Shown one piece after another: positions 11,804 through 22,759 of a stretch of 64,000 nucleotides of DNA. Positions within the stretch are counted from its first letter, which is position 1; the number at the start of each line of letters is the position of its first letter. A model generated the notes under the pieces. The model was given only the letters and a program-made list of their open reading frames with translations, was not told where the DNA came from and made no database searches. This stretch comes from Heterodontus francisci (lineage: Eukaryota). The stretch lies in assembly GCF_036365525.1 (NCBI RefSeq), contig NC_090405.1, positions 24,986,001 to 25,050,000 of the forward strand. The letters are read 5' to 3'. The position numbers were made by a program, and so were the translations under genes.

Positions 11804-12429
11804 GACAAATATTAGAAAAGTCACAGATTATAAACAAGTGAGGTGGGGGTTGGGCAAGAGATAACAAAGGAGAAGGTGCAGATTGGACCAGGCCACATAG
11901 CTGACCAAAAGGTCACAGAGCAAAGGCAAACAATATGTTAATGGTGTTTTGAAAGACAAAGCATTAGTACAGATTAGGTGTGAATATACTGAATATAGAA
12001 CATCAGCAAGTGCAAACCTGAAGAAAAACAACCTGAAAAAAACAGTGGGTAAGCAAACTGAACAAACTAAGATGAAATGAAATAAATGCAAAAAATGTAA
12101 AAAGGAATGCAAAAAAAAGGAAGAAAAAATAACTAAAAATGACTAAAAATGAAAGTAAAGTGGGGGGCTGTCATGCTCTGAAATTATTGAACTCAATGTT
12201 CAGTCCGGCAGGCTGTAGTGTGCCTAATCGGTAGATGAGATGCTGTTCCTCGAGCTTGCGTTGATGTTCACTGGAACACTGCAGCAATCCCAGGACAGAG
12301 ATGTGAGCATGAGAGCAGGGGGGAGTGTTGAAATGGCAAGCAACCGGAAGCTCAGGGTCCTGCTTGCGGACTGAGCGGAGATGTTCCGCAAAGCGGTCAC
12401 CCAGTCTGCGCTTGGTCTCCCCAATGTAC

Positions 12430-13617
12430 ATCTGTTTAAAAAGGGAGTGAGGGATAGACCGAATAATTACAGGCCAGCCAGACTAACCTCAGTAGTGGGC
12501 AAATTATTGGAAACTATTCAGAGCGACAGGATAAACTGTCACTTAGAAAGGCACAGATAAATCAAGCATAGTCAGCATGGATTTGTTCTGGGAAGATCCT
12601 GTCTGACCAACTTGATTGAATTTTTTGAAGAAGTAACAAGGAAGATAGACGAGGGTCGTGCAGTTGATGTAGTCTGCATGGACGTAAACGTGCGGGTCAC
12701 GATCCAAGAAATTTGCAGATGACACAAAGATTGTCCATCTGGTAAATAGCATGGAGGATAGCTGTAGGCTGCAGAAAGATATTGATGATCTGGTCAGGTG
12801 GGCAGAAAAATGGCAAATGGAATTCAACCTGGAGAAGTGTGTGGTGAAGCATTCGGGGAGGTCAAACAAGGCAAAGGAAGACACGATTAATAAGAACATG
12901 CTGATAGGTGTAGAGAAAGTGAGGGACCTTGGAGCAAATGTCCGCAGATCCCTGAAGGTAGCAGGACAGGTCGATAATGTGGTCAGAAGGTATGTGGAAT
13001 CCTTTTCTTTATGAGCCGAGGTATAGTATATAAGAGCAGGGAGGTTGTGCTGTAACTGTATAAATCATTAGTCAGGCCACAACATGAGTACTGTGTGCAG
13101 TTGTGATCATCTCATTACAGAAAGGATGTAATTGCACTAGAGAGGGTACAGAGGAGATTTACGAGGATGTTGCCGGGACTGGAAAAATGCAGCTATGAGG
13201 AAAGATTGGATAGGCTGGGGCTGTTCTCCTTGGTACAGAGAAGACTGAAATGTACAAAATTTTGAGGGGTCTGGATAGAGTTGAGGTGAAGGGTCTATTC
13301 ACCTTAGCAGAGAGATCAGTGACTAGGGGCATAGATTTTAAGTGATTGGTAGAAAGGTTACAGGAGAGAAGAGGAAATGTTTTTTCAACCAGAGGGTGGT
13401 GAGGGTCTGGAACTCACTGCCTGAAAGGGGAGTTGAGACAGAAACCTTCAACTCATTCAAAAGGAGTCTGGATATGCACCTCAAATGCCATAATCTGCAG
13501 GGCTGCGGACCAAATGTTGGAAGGTGGGATTCGAATGGGTGGAATGTTTTTCATCTGGCACAGACACAATGGGCCAAGTGGCCTCTTTCTGTGCCTTCAA
13601 CTTTCTATGATTCTATA
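12430..13617 (+). mobile_element. CR1 LINE fragment with an internal RT deletion; mirror of 53715-54910
   Basis: RT and C-terminal motifs (WAEKWQMEFN, FFNQRVVRVWNSLP); tail TTCTATGATTCTAT. Confidence 0.88.
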
Positions 13618-14251
13618 AATTACCCAGCTGCTTTAGTGGAATTTGAACTCATGTCTTTGGACCATTCGTGGAGACTTCTGGATTACTCGTCCTGTAAAGT
13701 AACCACAAAATCACCATACCTCTGAGATTTTTTACTGGTTTGTAATGTGGATTTCAGTATACACAAATGGAATTGATAATCTGTTTCACTCTGATAATGT
13801 ATGAATTTTTTGACTGGTAAATAATATGTATCTCTGTCTTTGTATTTTTCAATTCCGCAGTCTGGATGAGTTCTGTACCGGCATCTAATTTATATCACAG
13901 TTTACACTTCATATCAGTTTTGCTCAATCTAATACTGTATGTGATTTTTGGATTGGCAATGTTTAGATCACGGTGTGGGTGAGTTCTGAACTAGTATCTA
14001 ATTTGTGTCTCAGGTTACAGTATCTTTCAGCACCTTTGAAGCTTTCACTGTAAAAAATGTTGGACTTATATGTCACTCAAGGTACACTATGGGGATATTT
14101 AAACATCCTTTATCATGGGTGTGAGCTTTGGGTATGGTATTTAATTTAAATATCAGGCTATATCATTAGGTCAGATTCTGTGCCATTCAATCAGTACCGT
14201 GGGCCAATTCTATCTGATATTTAATTGCTAGCTAAGTCTGCATTATATTTA

Positions 14252-15776
14252 ATAAAAGCAAAATACTGCGGATGCTGGAAATCTGAAACAAAAACAAGAA
14301 ATGCTGGATTCACTCAGCAGGTCTGGCAGCATCGACATGGTCCATCTCTGACACTTCCCTTCCCTTCCTCGACTTCTCTGTCTCCATCTCTGGGGATAGG
14401 TTGTCTACTAATATCCATTATAAGCCCACTGACTCCCACAGCTACCTCGACTACACTTCTTCACACCCTACCTCCTGTAAGGACTCCATTCCATTCTCCC
14501 AGTTTCTCCGTCTCCGACGCATCTGCTCTGATGATGCTACCTTCCATGACGGTGCTTCTGATATGACCTCCTTTTTCCTCAACCGAGGATTTCCCCCCAC
14601 TGTGGTTGACAGGGCCCTCAACCGTGTCCGACCCATTCCCCGCACCTCTACCCTCACCCCTTCCCCTCCCTCCCAGAACCGTGACAGGGTTCCCCTTGTC
14701 CTCACTTTTCATCCCACCAGCCTCCATATCCAAAGGATCATCCTCCGCCATTTTCGCCACCTCCAGCGTGATGCCACTACCAGTCGCATCTTCCCCTCCC
14801 TTCCCCTGTCAGCATTCCGAAGGGATCGTTCCCTCCGCGACACCCTGGTCCACTCCTCCATTACCCCCACCACCTCGTCCCCGTCCCAGGGCACCTTCCC
14901 TTGCAATCGCAGGAGGTGTAATACCTGCCCATTTACCTCCTCTCTCCTCAGTATCCCAGGCCCCAAACACTCCTTTCAGGTGAAGCAGCGATTTACTTGT
15001 ACTTCTTTCAATGTAGTATACTGTATTCGCTGCTCACAGTGTGGTCTCCTCTACATTGGGGAGACCAAGCGCAGACTGGGTGACCGCTTTGCGGAACATC
15101 TCCGCTCAGTCCGCAAGCAGGACCCTGAGCTTCCGGTTGCTTGCCATTTCAACACTCCCCCCTGCTCTCATGCTCACATCTCTGTCCTGGGATTGCTGCA
15201 GTGTTCCAGTGAACATCAACGCAAGCTCGAGGAACAGCATCTCATCTACCGATTAGGCACACTACAGCCTGCCGGACTGAACATTGAGTTCAATAATTTC
15301 AGAGCATGACAGCCCCCCACTTTACTTTCATTTTTAGTCATTTTTAGTTATTTTTTCTTCCTTTTTTTTTGCATTCCTTTTTACATTTTTTGCATTTATT
15401 TCATTTCATCTTAGTTTGTTCAGTTTGCTTACCCACTGTTTTTTTCAGGTTGTTTTTCTTCAGGTTTGCACTTGCTGATGTTCTATATTCAGTATATTCA
15501 CACCTAATCTGTACTAATGCTTTGTCTTTCAAAACACCATTAACATATTGTTTGCCTTTGCTCCGTGACCTTTTGGTCAGCTATGTGGCCTGGTCCAATC
15601 TGCACCTTCTCCTTTGTTATCTCTTGCCCAACCCCCACCTCACTTGTTTATAATCTGTGACTTTTCTAATATTTGTCAGTTCCGAAGAAGGGTCACTGAC
15701 CCGAAACGTTAACTCTGCTTCTCTTTCCACAGATGCTGCCAGACCTGCTGAGTGAATCCAGCATTTCTTGTTTTTG
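14252..15776 (+). mobile_element. 5'-truncated copy of the same PLE with a short inverted pseudo-LTR (14252-14332); 14-bp TSD
   Basis: 14333-15776 is near identical to the reverse complement of ~8400-9855. CTGCATTATATTTA occurs at 14238-14251 and 15777-15790. The paralogous empty site (~51951-51964, reverse) has one copy. Confidence 0.93.
15678..15714 (+). ncRNA. Minimal type I hammerhead ribozyme-like motif in PLE 3' UTR
   Basis: AGTT-CCGAAGA-A-GGGTC(ACT)GACCC-GAAA-CG-TT-AACT: stem I AGTT/AACT, core boxes, stem II hairpin, palindromic AACGTT stem III. Confidence 0.7.
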
Positions 15777-16302
15777 CTGCATTATATTTAGACTGACACA
15801 TTGCATTTCAATCTGCTAGTGGGTGTGATTTTGACCTGGGATTGAGGTATCTGACTGTCAATGGGACTGAATTGGGGTGAAATGGAAACAACCTCTTTCT
15901 CTCCTGCTTTGTTTGATTGTTGGATTGAAAATGTGCCTCTGGAACTTGGGATCAATGTGAGCCTGACTACTTCTGCAGTCTGAGACTAGGGACCTGATGA
16001 ACTGTCTGTGCCTCTGTACTCTGAGTGATAATGTACCTACTGTGTGAGAGAGGAGCTGGCTGCACAGTTCCTTGTGCCTCAAGTGCAGGAACCATCACAA
16101 TTCCTTCAAGTATCTGCCTGCATGAAGAAAAAGTATATCTTCTAACTCAAGAACAGATGCGGTGCAAAATATCAGATGAATTAAATTTCTCAATGAATAA
16201 TCATTAATAATAGCCACAAATGTAAACCAGTGTCAGTATTTGCCTCCACCGAAGTACTGAAGCTCCCAGCTCCTGCATCACAAGTGTTCTGGGCAGATCC
16301 AT

Positions 16303-19300
16303 AGAGTTATAGAGTCGTACAGCATAGAAACAGGCCCTTCAGCCCACCGCGTCCATGCCGACCATAATGCCCATCCATACTAATCACACCTGCCTGCATT
16401 AATTCCATATCCCTCTATGCCTTGCTCATTCAAGTACCTGTCCGGATGCCTCTTAAATGTTGCTACTGTTCCTGCCTCCACCACCACCTCAGGCAGCTCA
16501 TTCCAGATACCCACTACTCTTTGTGTGAAAAATTTACACCTTTGATCCTCTTTAAACCTCCTCCCTCTCACGTTAAATCTATGCCGTCTAGTTTTAGTCA
16601 CCCCTACCATGGGAAACAGACTCTGGCTATCCACCCACCTATGCCTCATAATTTTATATACCTCTATCATGTCCCCTCTCAGTCTCCTTCGCTCCACGGA
16701 AAACAGACCCAGCCTATCCAATCTCTCTTTATAACTCAAGCCCTCCAAACCAGGCAACATCCTTGTGAATCTTTTCTGCACCCTCTCTAGCTTAATCACA
16801 TCTTTCCTGTCGTGTGGCGACCAGAACTGCACACCGTACTCCAAATGCAGCCTAACCAACGTTATGTACAACTGTAACATGTTGTCCTAACTCTTGTACT
16901 CAATGCCTCAGTCGATGAAGTCAAGCATGCCATATGCCTTCTTCACCATCCTGTCTACCGGTGTTGCTACTTTCAGGGAACTATGTAGTTGCACCCCAAG
17001 GTCTCTCTGCTCAACAACACTCCCCAAGGCCCTGCCATTCACTATATATGTCCTGCCCTGGTTTAACTTCCCAAAATGCATCACTTGACACTTGTCTGCA
17101 TTAAATTCCATTTGCCAATCCCTTGCCCACTTTCCCAGTTTATCTATATCCTGTTGTAACCTTAGACAACCTTCTTCACTGTCCACCATACCACCAATTT
17201 TGGTGTCATCTGCAAACTTACTAATCATGCCCCCTACATTCACATCTAAGTCATTAATATATATGACAAACAGAGGGCAAAGCACCGATCCCTGCGGCAC
17301 ACCACTGGTCACCGGCCTCCGATCGGAAAAACAACCCTCCACTACCACCTTCTGCCTCCAATCACCAAGCCAATTTTGTATCCAATTTGCTAGCTTACCC
17401 TGGATCCCATGTGTTCGAACCTTCCGGACCAGCCTACCTTGCGGGGCCTTGCTAAAGTCCATGTAGAAAACGTCCATCGCTCTGCCCTCATCAATCCTCT
17501 TGGTCACCTCCTCGAGAAACTCAATCAAATTCATGAGACATGATTTCCCACGCACAAAGCCATGCTGACTATCCCTAATCAGACCATGCCTTTCCAAATG
17601 CATATAAATCCTGTCTCTCAGAATCCCTTTCAATAACTTTCCCTCCACTGATGTAAGGCTCACCGGCCTGCAGTTCCCTGGCTTATCCCTGCTGCCCTTC
17701 TAAAATAAAGGCACAACATCAGCTATCCTCCAGTCTTCCGGTACCTCAGCCGTGGCTAACGATGATACAAAAATCTCTGCCAGGGCCCCAGCAATCTCCT
17801 CCCTTGCTTCCCATAGCATCCTAGGATACACCTGGTCAGACCCTGAGGATTTATCCACCTTAATGCACTTCAAAACCTCCAACACCACCTCCTTTGTAAT
17901 GTTGATATGCTTCAGGATATCGCTGTTCCCTCGCTTGAACTCACTAGATTCCATGACCTTCTCCACGGTAAATACGGACGAAAAATATTCATTTAAGACC
18001 TCGCCCATTTCCTGTGGCTCCACACATAGATTGCCACACTGATCCTTAAGGGGACCTACTGTCTCCCTAGCTACCCTCTTACTCTTAATATACTTATCGA
18101 ATCTTTTAGGATTCTCCTTTATAATATCCAGGGAAATCTCATGGCCCCTTTTCAAAGAACAAAGAACAGTACAGCACAGGAACAGGCCATTCGGCCCTCC
18201 AAGCCTGCGCCGATCTTGATGCCTGCCTAAACTAAAACATTCTGCACTTCCGGGGACCGTATCCCTCTATTCCCTTCCTATTCATGTATTTGTCAAGATG
18301 CCTCTTAAATGTCGCTATCGTACCTGCTTCCACCACCTCCCCCGGCAGCAAGTTCCAGGCACTCACCAACCTCTGTGTAAAGAACTTGCCTCGCACATCC
18401 CCTCTAAACTTTGCCCCTCTCACCTTAAACCTATGTCCCCTAGTAACTGACTCTTCCACCCTGGGAAAGAGCTTCTGACTATCCACTCTGTCCATGCCGC
18501 TCATAACTTTGTAAACCTCTATCATGTCGCCCCTCCACCTCCGTCGTTCCAGTGAAAACAATGAGTTTATCCAACCTCTCCTCATAGCTAATGCCCTCCA
18601 GACCAGGCAACATCCTGGTAAACCTCTTCTGTACCCTCTCCAAAGCCTCCACGTCCTTCTGGTCGTGTGGCGACCCTCCTAATTTCCTATTTCCTTCTTA
18701 CGTGTAGTCCTACATCCCCGATACTCCTCGAGGGACTCACTCGATCCCAGCTGCCTATACCTGACATGTGCCTCCTTCTTTGTCCTGACCAGACCCTCAA
18801 TATCCCTCGTCAACCAAGGTTCCCTAAACTTGCCAGCCTTGCCCTTCCATCTAACAGGAACATGCTGGCCCTGAACTCTTCCTATCTCACTTTTAAAAGC
18901 CTCCCACTTGCCAGACGTCCCTTTACCTGTAAACAACCTCTCCCATTCAACTTTTGAGAGTTCCTGTCTGATGCCATCAAAATTAGCCTTCCCCCAATTT
19001 AGGGCTTCAACCTGAGGACCAGTCCTATCCTTTTCCATAACTGTCTTGAAGCTAATAGAGTTATGGTCACTGATCCCAAAGTGCTCCCCCACTGACACAT
19101 CAACCACCTGCCCATCCTCATTTCCAAAGAGGAGGTCGAGAGTAGCCCCTTCTCTCGTAGGGCCATCCACATACTGCTTCAGAAAACTATCCTGGACACA
19201 TTTAAAAAATTCTTCCCATCTGATCCCTTAGCACGAAGGCAGTCCCAGTCAATATGAGGGAAGTTAAAATCACCTACTATTACAACCCGATAATTCCTAC

Positions 19301-19686
19301 ACCTATCTGTGATTTCCCTACCTATATGCTCCTCCACTTCCCTCTGACTATTGGGGGGTCTATAGTATAATCCCATCAAAGGAATCACCCCTTTCTTATT
19401 TCTAAGTTCTACCCATATGGCCTCACTGGACATTCACCCCGGGATATCCTCTCTAAGTACTGCCGTGATGTCTTCCCTAATCAATAGTGCAACTCCCCCT
19501 CCTCTCTTACCTCCACCTCTGTCACACCGGAAGGATCGGTACCCCGGAACATTGAGCTGCCAGTCCTGCCCATCCCTCAACTACAATTCCGTAATAGCTA
19601 TAATATCACAATCCCATGTACCGATCCATGCTCTGAGTTCATCTGCCTTACCTGTAAGGCTTCTTGCATTAAAATAAATGCAGTTT
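16303..19686 (-). mobile_element. CR1 LINE (ORF2 EN+RT, decayed), probable TSD ATCCAT
   Basis: ORF fragments [36 protein letters not shown] at 16297-16302 and 19687-19692. Empty site at ~51425 in the other arm. Confidence 0.92.
18153..18672 (-). mobile_element. Nested 5'-truncated CR1 of a different subfamily
   Basis: A second CR1 C-terminus (RGDMIEVYK...FFTQR) with a GTTCTTT-repeat tail, interrupting the host CR1. Confidence 0.88.
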
Positions 19687-20049
19687 ATCCATCCAGACAA
19701 AACACTGCACTGGGATTGTTCCAACTGCTCTATGCTCTACATATATTTCCAACCATCTTGCTTCATATGAATGAAAGATAAATAAAGTCCGATATGTATA
19801 TCTCTCAATTCCTTTCTCCCCATACACTTGTTCCACCTTCCCTGCATCGATACTATTTGCCTCAACCTCTCCCTGTGATAGCAAATCCCAGCTTCTAACC
19901 ATTCACTACATAAATACATATTTCATGAATTCCTCATTGGTTTTATGAATGGCGATTTTATATTTTTGGCTCTTGTTTCAGACACCACCACAAAAGTAAA
20001 CATGCCTCCTTGTACTTTATAAAAGCCGTTCATTATTTCCTCACTTTTT

Positions 20050-21160
20050 GCATTTGTTCATGGGATGTAGGCATCACTGGCTATGCCAGCATTCATTGCC
20101 CATTCCAAATTTCCCTAAACAAAGTAGTAGTGAGCTGCCTTCTTGAGCCGCTGCAGTCCTTGAGATGTCGGAACACCAACAGTGCTGTTTGGAAGGGAGT
20201 TCCAGGATTTTTACCCAGCGACAATGAAGGAATGGCGATATAGTTCCAAGTCAGGATGGTTTGTGGCTTGCAGGGGAACTTGGTGTTCCCATGCATCTGC
20301 TACCCTTGTCCTTTTAGGTAGTAGAGGTTGCGGGTTTGGAAGGTGCTGTCGAAGGAGCGTTGGTGAGTTGCTGCAGTGCATCTTGTAGATGGTACACACT
20401 GCTGCCACTGTGCATCGGTGATGAATGTTGAAGGTGGCGGATGGGGGCAATCAAACAGGCTACTTGAGTGTTGTTGGAGCTGCACTTATCCAGACAAGTG
20501 GAGAGTATTGCATCACACTCCTGACTTGTGCCTTGTAAATGGTGGACAGGTGTGGGGAGACAGGAGGTGAGTTATTCGCCACAGAGTTCCTAGCCTCTGA
20601 CCTGCTGTTGTAGCCACAGCATTTATGTGGCTGGTCCAGTTCAGTTTCTGGTCAATGGTAACCTCCAGGATGTTGATGGTGGTGGATTCAGTGATGGTAA
20701 TGCCATTGATCATCAAGGAGAGATGATTAGATTCTCTCTTGTTTGAGATGGTCATTGCCTGGCACTTATGTGGCATGAATGTTACTGCCACTCATCAGCC
20801 CAAGCCTGGATGTTGACCAGGTCTTGCTGCATCTGATCATGGGCTATCTGAGGAGTCACGAATGGTGCTGAACATTGTGAATATCGCCACTTCTGGCCTT
20901 GTGATGGAGGGAAGGTCATTGCTGAAGCAGCTGAAGATGGTTGGGCCTAGAACACTAGCCTGAGGAACTCCAGCAGTAATGTGCTGTGACTGAGATGATT
21001 GACCTGAACAACCACAGCCATCTTCCTTTGTGCTAGGTCTGACTCCAACCAGCGGAGAGTTTTACTCCTGATTCCCATTTACTCTAGTTTTGCTCGGGCT
21101 CCATGGTACCATACACGGTCAAAGGCTGCCTTGATGTCAAAGGCAGTCACTCTCACCTCA
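20050..21160 (-). mobile_element. CR1/L2-group LINE of a second family, RT to 3' end; mirrored with an internal deletion at 50640-51060 (+)
   Basis: DIKAAFDRVWYHG; the mirror copy has LGPTIFSCFINDLP and FTDD. 3' end matches 4266-4437. Confidence 0.8.
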
Positions 21161-21179
21161 CAATGCAGTGTTGCTTTAA

Positions 21180-21320
21180 CCCTAAAACAAAAGCAAAATT
21201 CTGCAGCTGCTGGAAATTTGAAAAAAAAAACAAAAATGCTGCAAATACTCAGCCCTTCAGGCAGCAAATGTGGAGAGTGAAACACAATTAAGGTTTCAGG
21301 TCTGTGTCCTTTCATCTTAC
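21180..21320 (-). mobile_element. Old PLE-derived short element (degenerate hammerhead + 3' end); mirrored at 50480-50600 (+)
   Basis: Similarity to the PLE terminus (aaagcaaaat..gctggaaat..actcagc..ggcagca..tgtggagag). Confidence 0.7.
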
Positions 21321-21361
21321 GATATGTTTTATGTCCTGGTATGTAAGGTCAGGTGATAGGC

Positions 21362-22320
21362 GGGGTATAAAGAGTGGTGAGCCGAGGCCCGAGACCAGAA
21401 GCAGTGACAGTGTCGGTGGCGAGAGGAGCTGGGGTATAAAGAGCAGTGAGCCAAGGCCCGAGACCAGAAGCAGTGTCAGTGTCGGTGGCGAGAGGAGCTG
21501 GGGTATAAAGAGCAGTGAGCCGAGGCCCGAGACCAGAAGCAGTGACAGTGTCGGTGGCGAGAGGAGCTGGGGTATAAAGAGCGGTGAGCCGAGGCCCGAG
21601 ACCAGAAGCAGTGACAGTGTCGGTGGCGAGAGGAGCTGGGGTATAAAGAGCAGTGAGCCGAGGCCCGAGACCAGAAGCAGTGACAGTGTCGGTGGCGAGA
21701 GGAGCTGGGGTATAAAGAGCAGTGAGCCGAGGCCCGAGACCAGAAGCAGTGACAGTGTCGGTGCGAGAGGAGCTGGGGTATAAAGAGCAGTGAGCCGAGG
21801 CCCGAGACCAGAAGCAGTGACAGTGTCGGTGGCGAGAGGAGCTGGGGTCTAAAGAGCAGTGAGCCGAGGCCCGAGACCAGAAGCAGTGACAGTGTCGGTG
21901 CGAGAGGAGCTGGGGTATAAAGAGCAGTGAGCCGAGGCCCGAGACCAGAAGCAGTGACAGTGTCGGTGGCGAGAGGAGCTGGGGTATAAAGAGCAGTGAG
22001 CCGAGGCCCGAGACCAGAAGCAGTGACAGTGTCGGTGGCGAGAGGAGCTGGGGTATAAAGAGCAGTGAGCCGAGGCCCGAGACCAGAAGCAGTGACAGTG
22101 TCGGTGGCGAGAGGAGCTGGGGTATAAAGAGCAGTGAGCCGAGGCCCGAGACCAGAAGCAGTGACAGTGTCGGTGGCGAGAGGAGCTGGGGTATAAAGAG
22201 CAGCGAGCCGAAGCCCGAGACCAGAAGCAGTGACAGTGTCGGTGGCGAGAGGAGCTGGGGTATAAAGAGCAGCGAGCCGAGGCCCGAGACCAGAAGCAGT
22301 GACAGTGTCGGTGGCGAGAG
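21362..22320 (+). repeat. Tandem array of about 14 x 69-bp units (GGGGTATAAAGAGCAGTGAGCCGAGGCCCGAGACCAGAAGCAGTGACAGTGTCGGTGGCGAGAGGAGCT)
   Basis: Period 69 (21362, 21431, 21500...). Near-identical units, two of them 68 bp. Confidence 0.97.
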
Positions 22321-22420
22321 CTCTGTTCAGTTCTGTGGACTTGCTTGACCAGCAATAATTGAAGTGTGACATCACAGGAGAGCCGGTAAGTGATTGGTGG
22401 GTATTTCTTCCATGTCTCTG

Positions 22421-22759
22421 TTTTTTTTTAGATTAGAGATACAGCACTGAAACAGGCCCTTCGGCCCACCAAGTCTGTGCCGAACATCAACCACCCATTT
22501 ATACTAATCCTACACTAATCCCATATTCCCAACAAACATCCCCACCTGTCCCTATATTACCCTACCCCCTACCTATACTGGTGACAATTTATAATGGCCA
22601 ATTTACCTATCAACCTGCAAGTCTTTTGGCTTGTGGGAGGAAACCGGAGCAAACCCACGCAGACACAGGGAGAACTTGCAAACTCCACACAGGCAGTACC
22701 CGGAAGCGAACCCGGGTCCCTGGAGCTGTGAGGCTGCGGTGCTAACCACTGCGCCACCC
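22421..22759 (-). mobile_element. V-SINE (HE1-like) in CR1 5' UTR
   Basis: Same family sequence. Confidence 0.88.

Larger units (their letters stand above)
8363..12429 (-). mobile_element. Penelope-like retroelement (Neptune-like), full ORF plus upstream partial-tandem pseudo-LTR (11669-12429)
   Basis: 11669-12429 repeats 8363-9138 (3' UTR and ORF end) in direct orientation, the typical PLE partial tandem. Contains an intact 916-aa ORF. Confidence 0.93.

Noticed and set aside
21362-22320. CRISPR-like array
   Set aside because: The units are contiguous and near identical with no unique spacers, there are no cas genes, and the context is eukaryotic.
21304-22375. Repetitive ORFs (159, 299 and 168 aa, His/Cys-rich)
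   Set aside because: By-products of a 69-bp unit (a multiple of 3) lacking stops; the 68-bp units shift the frame.
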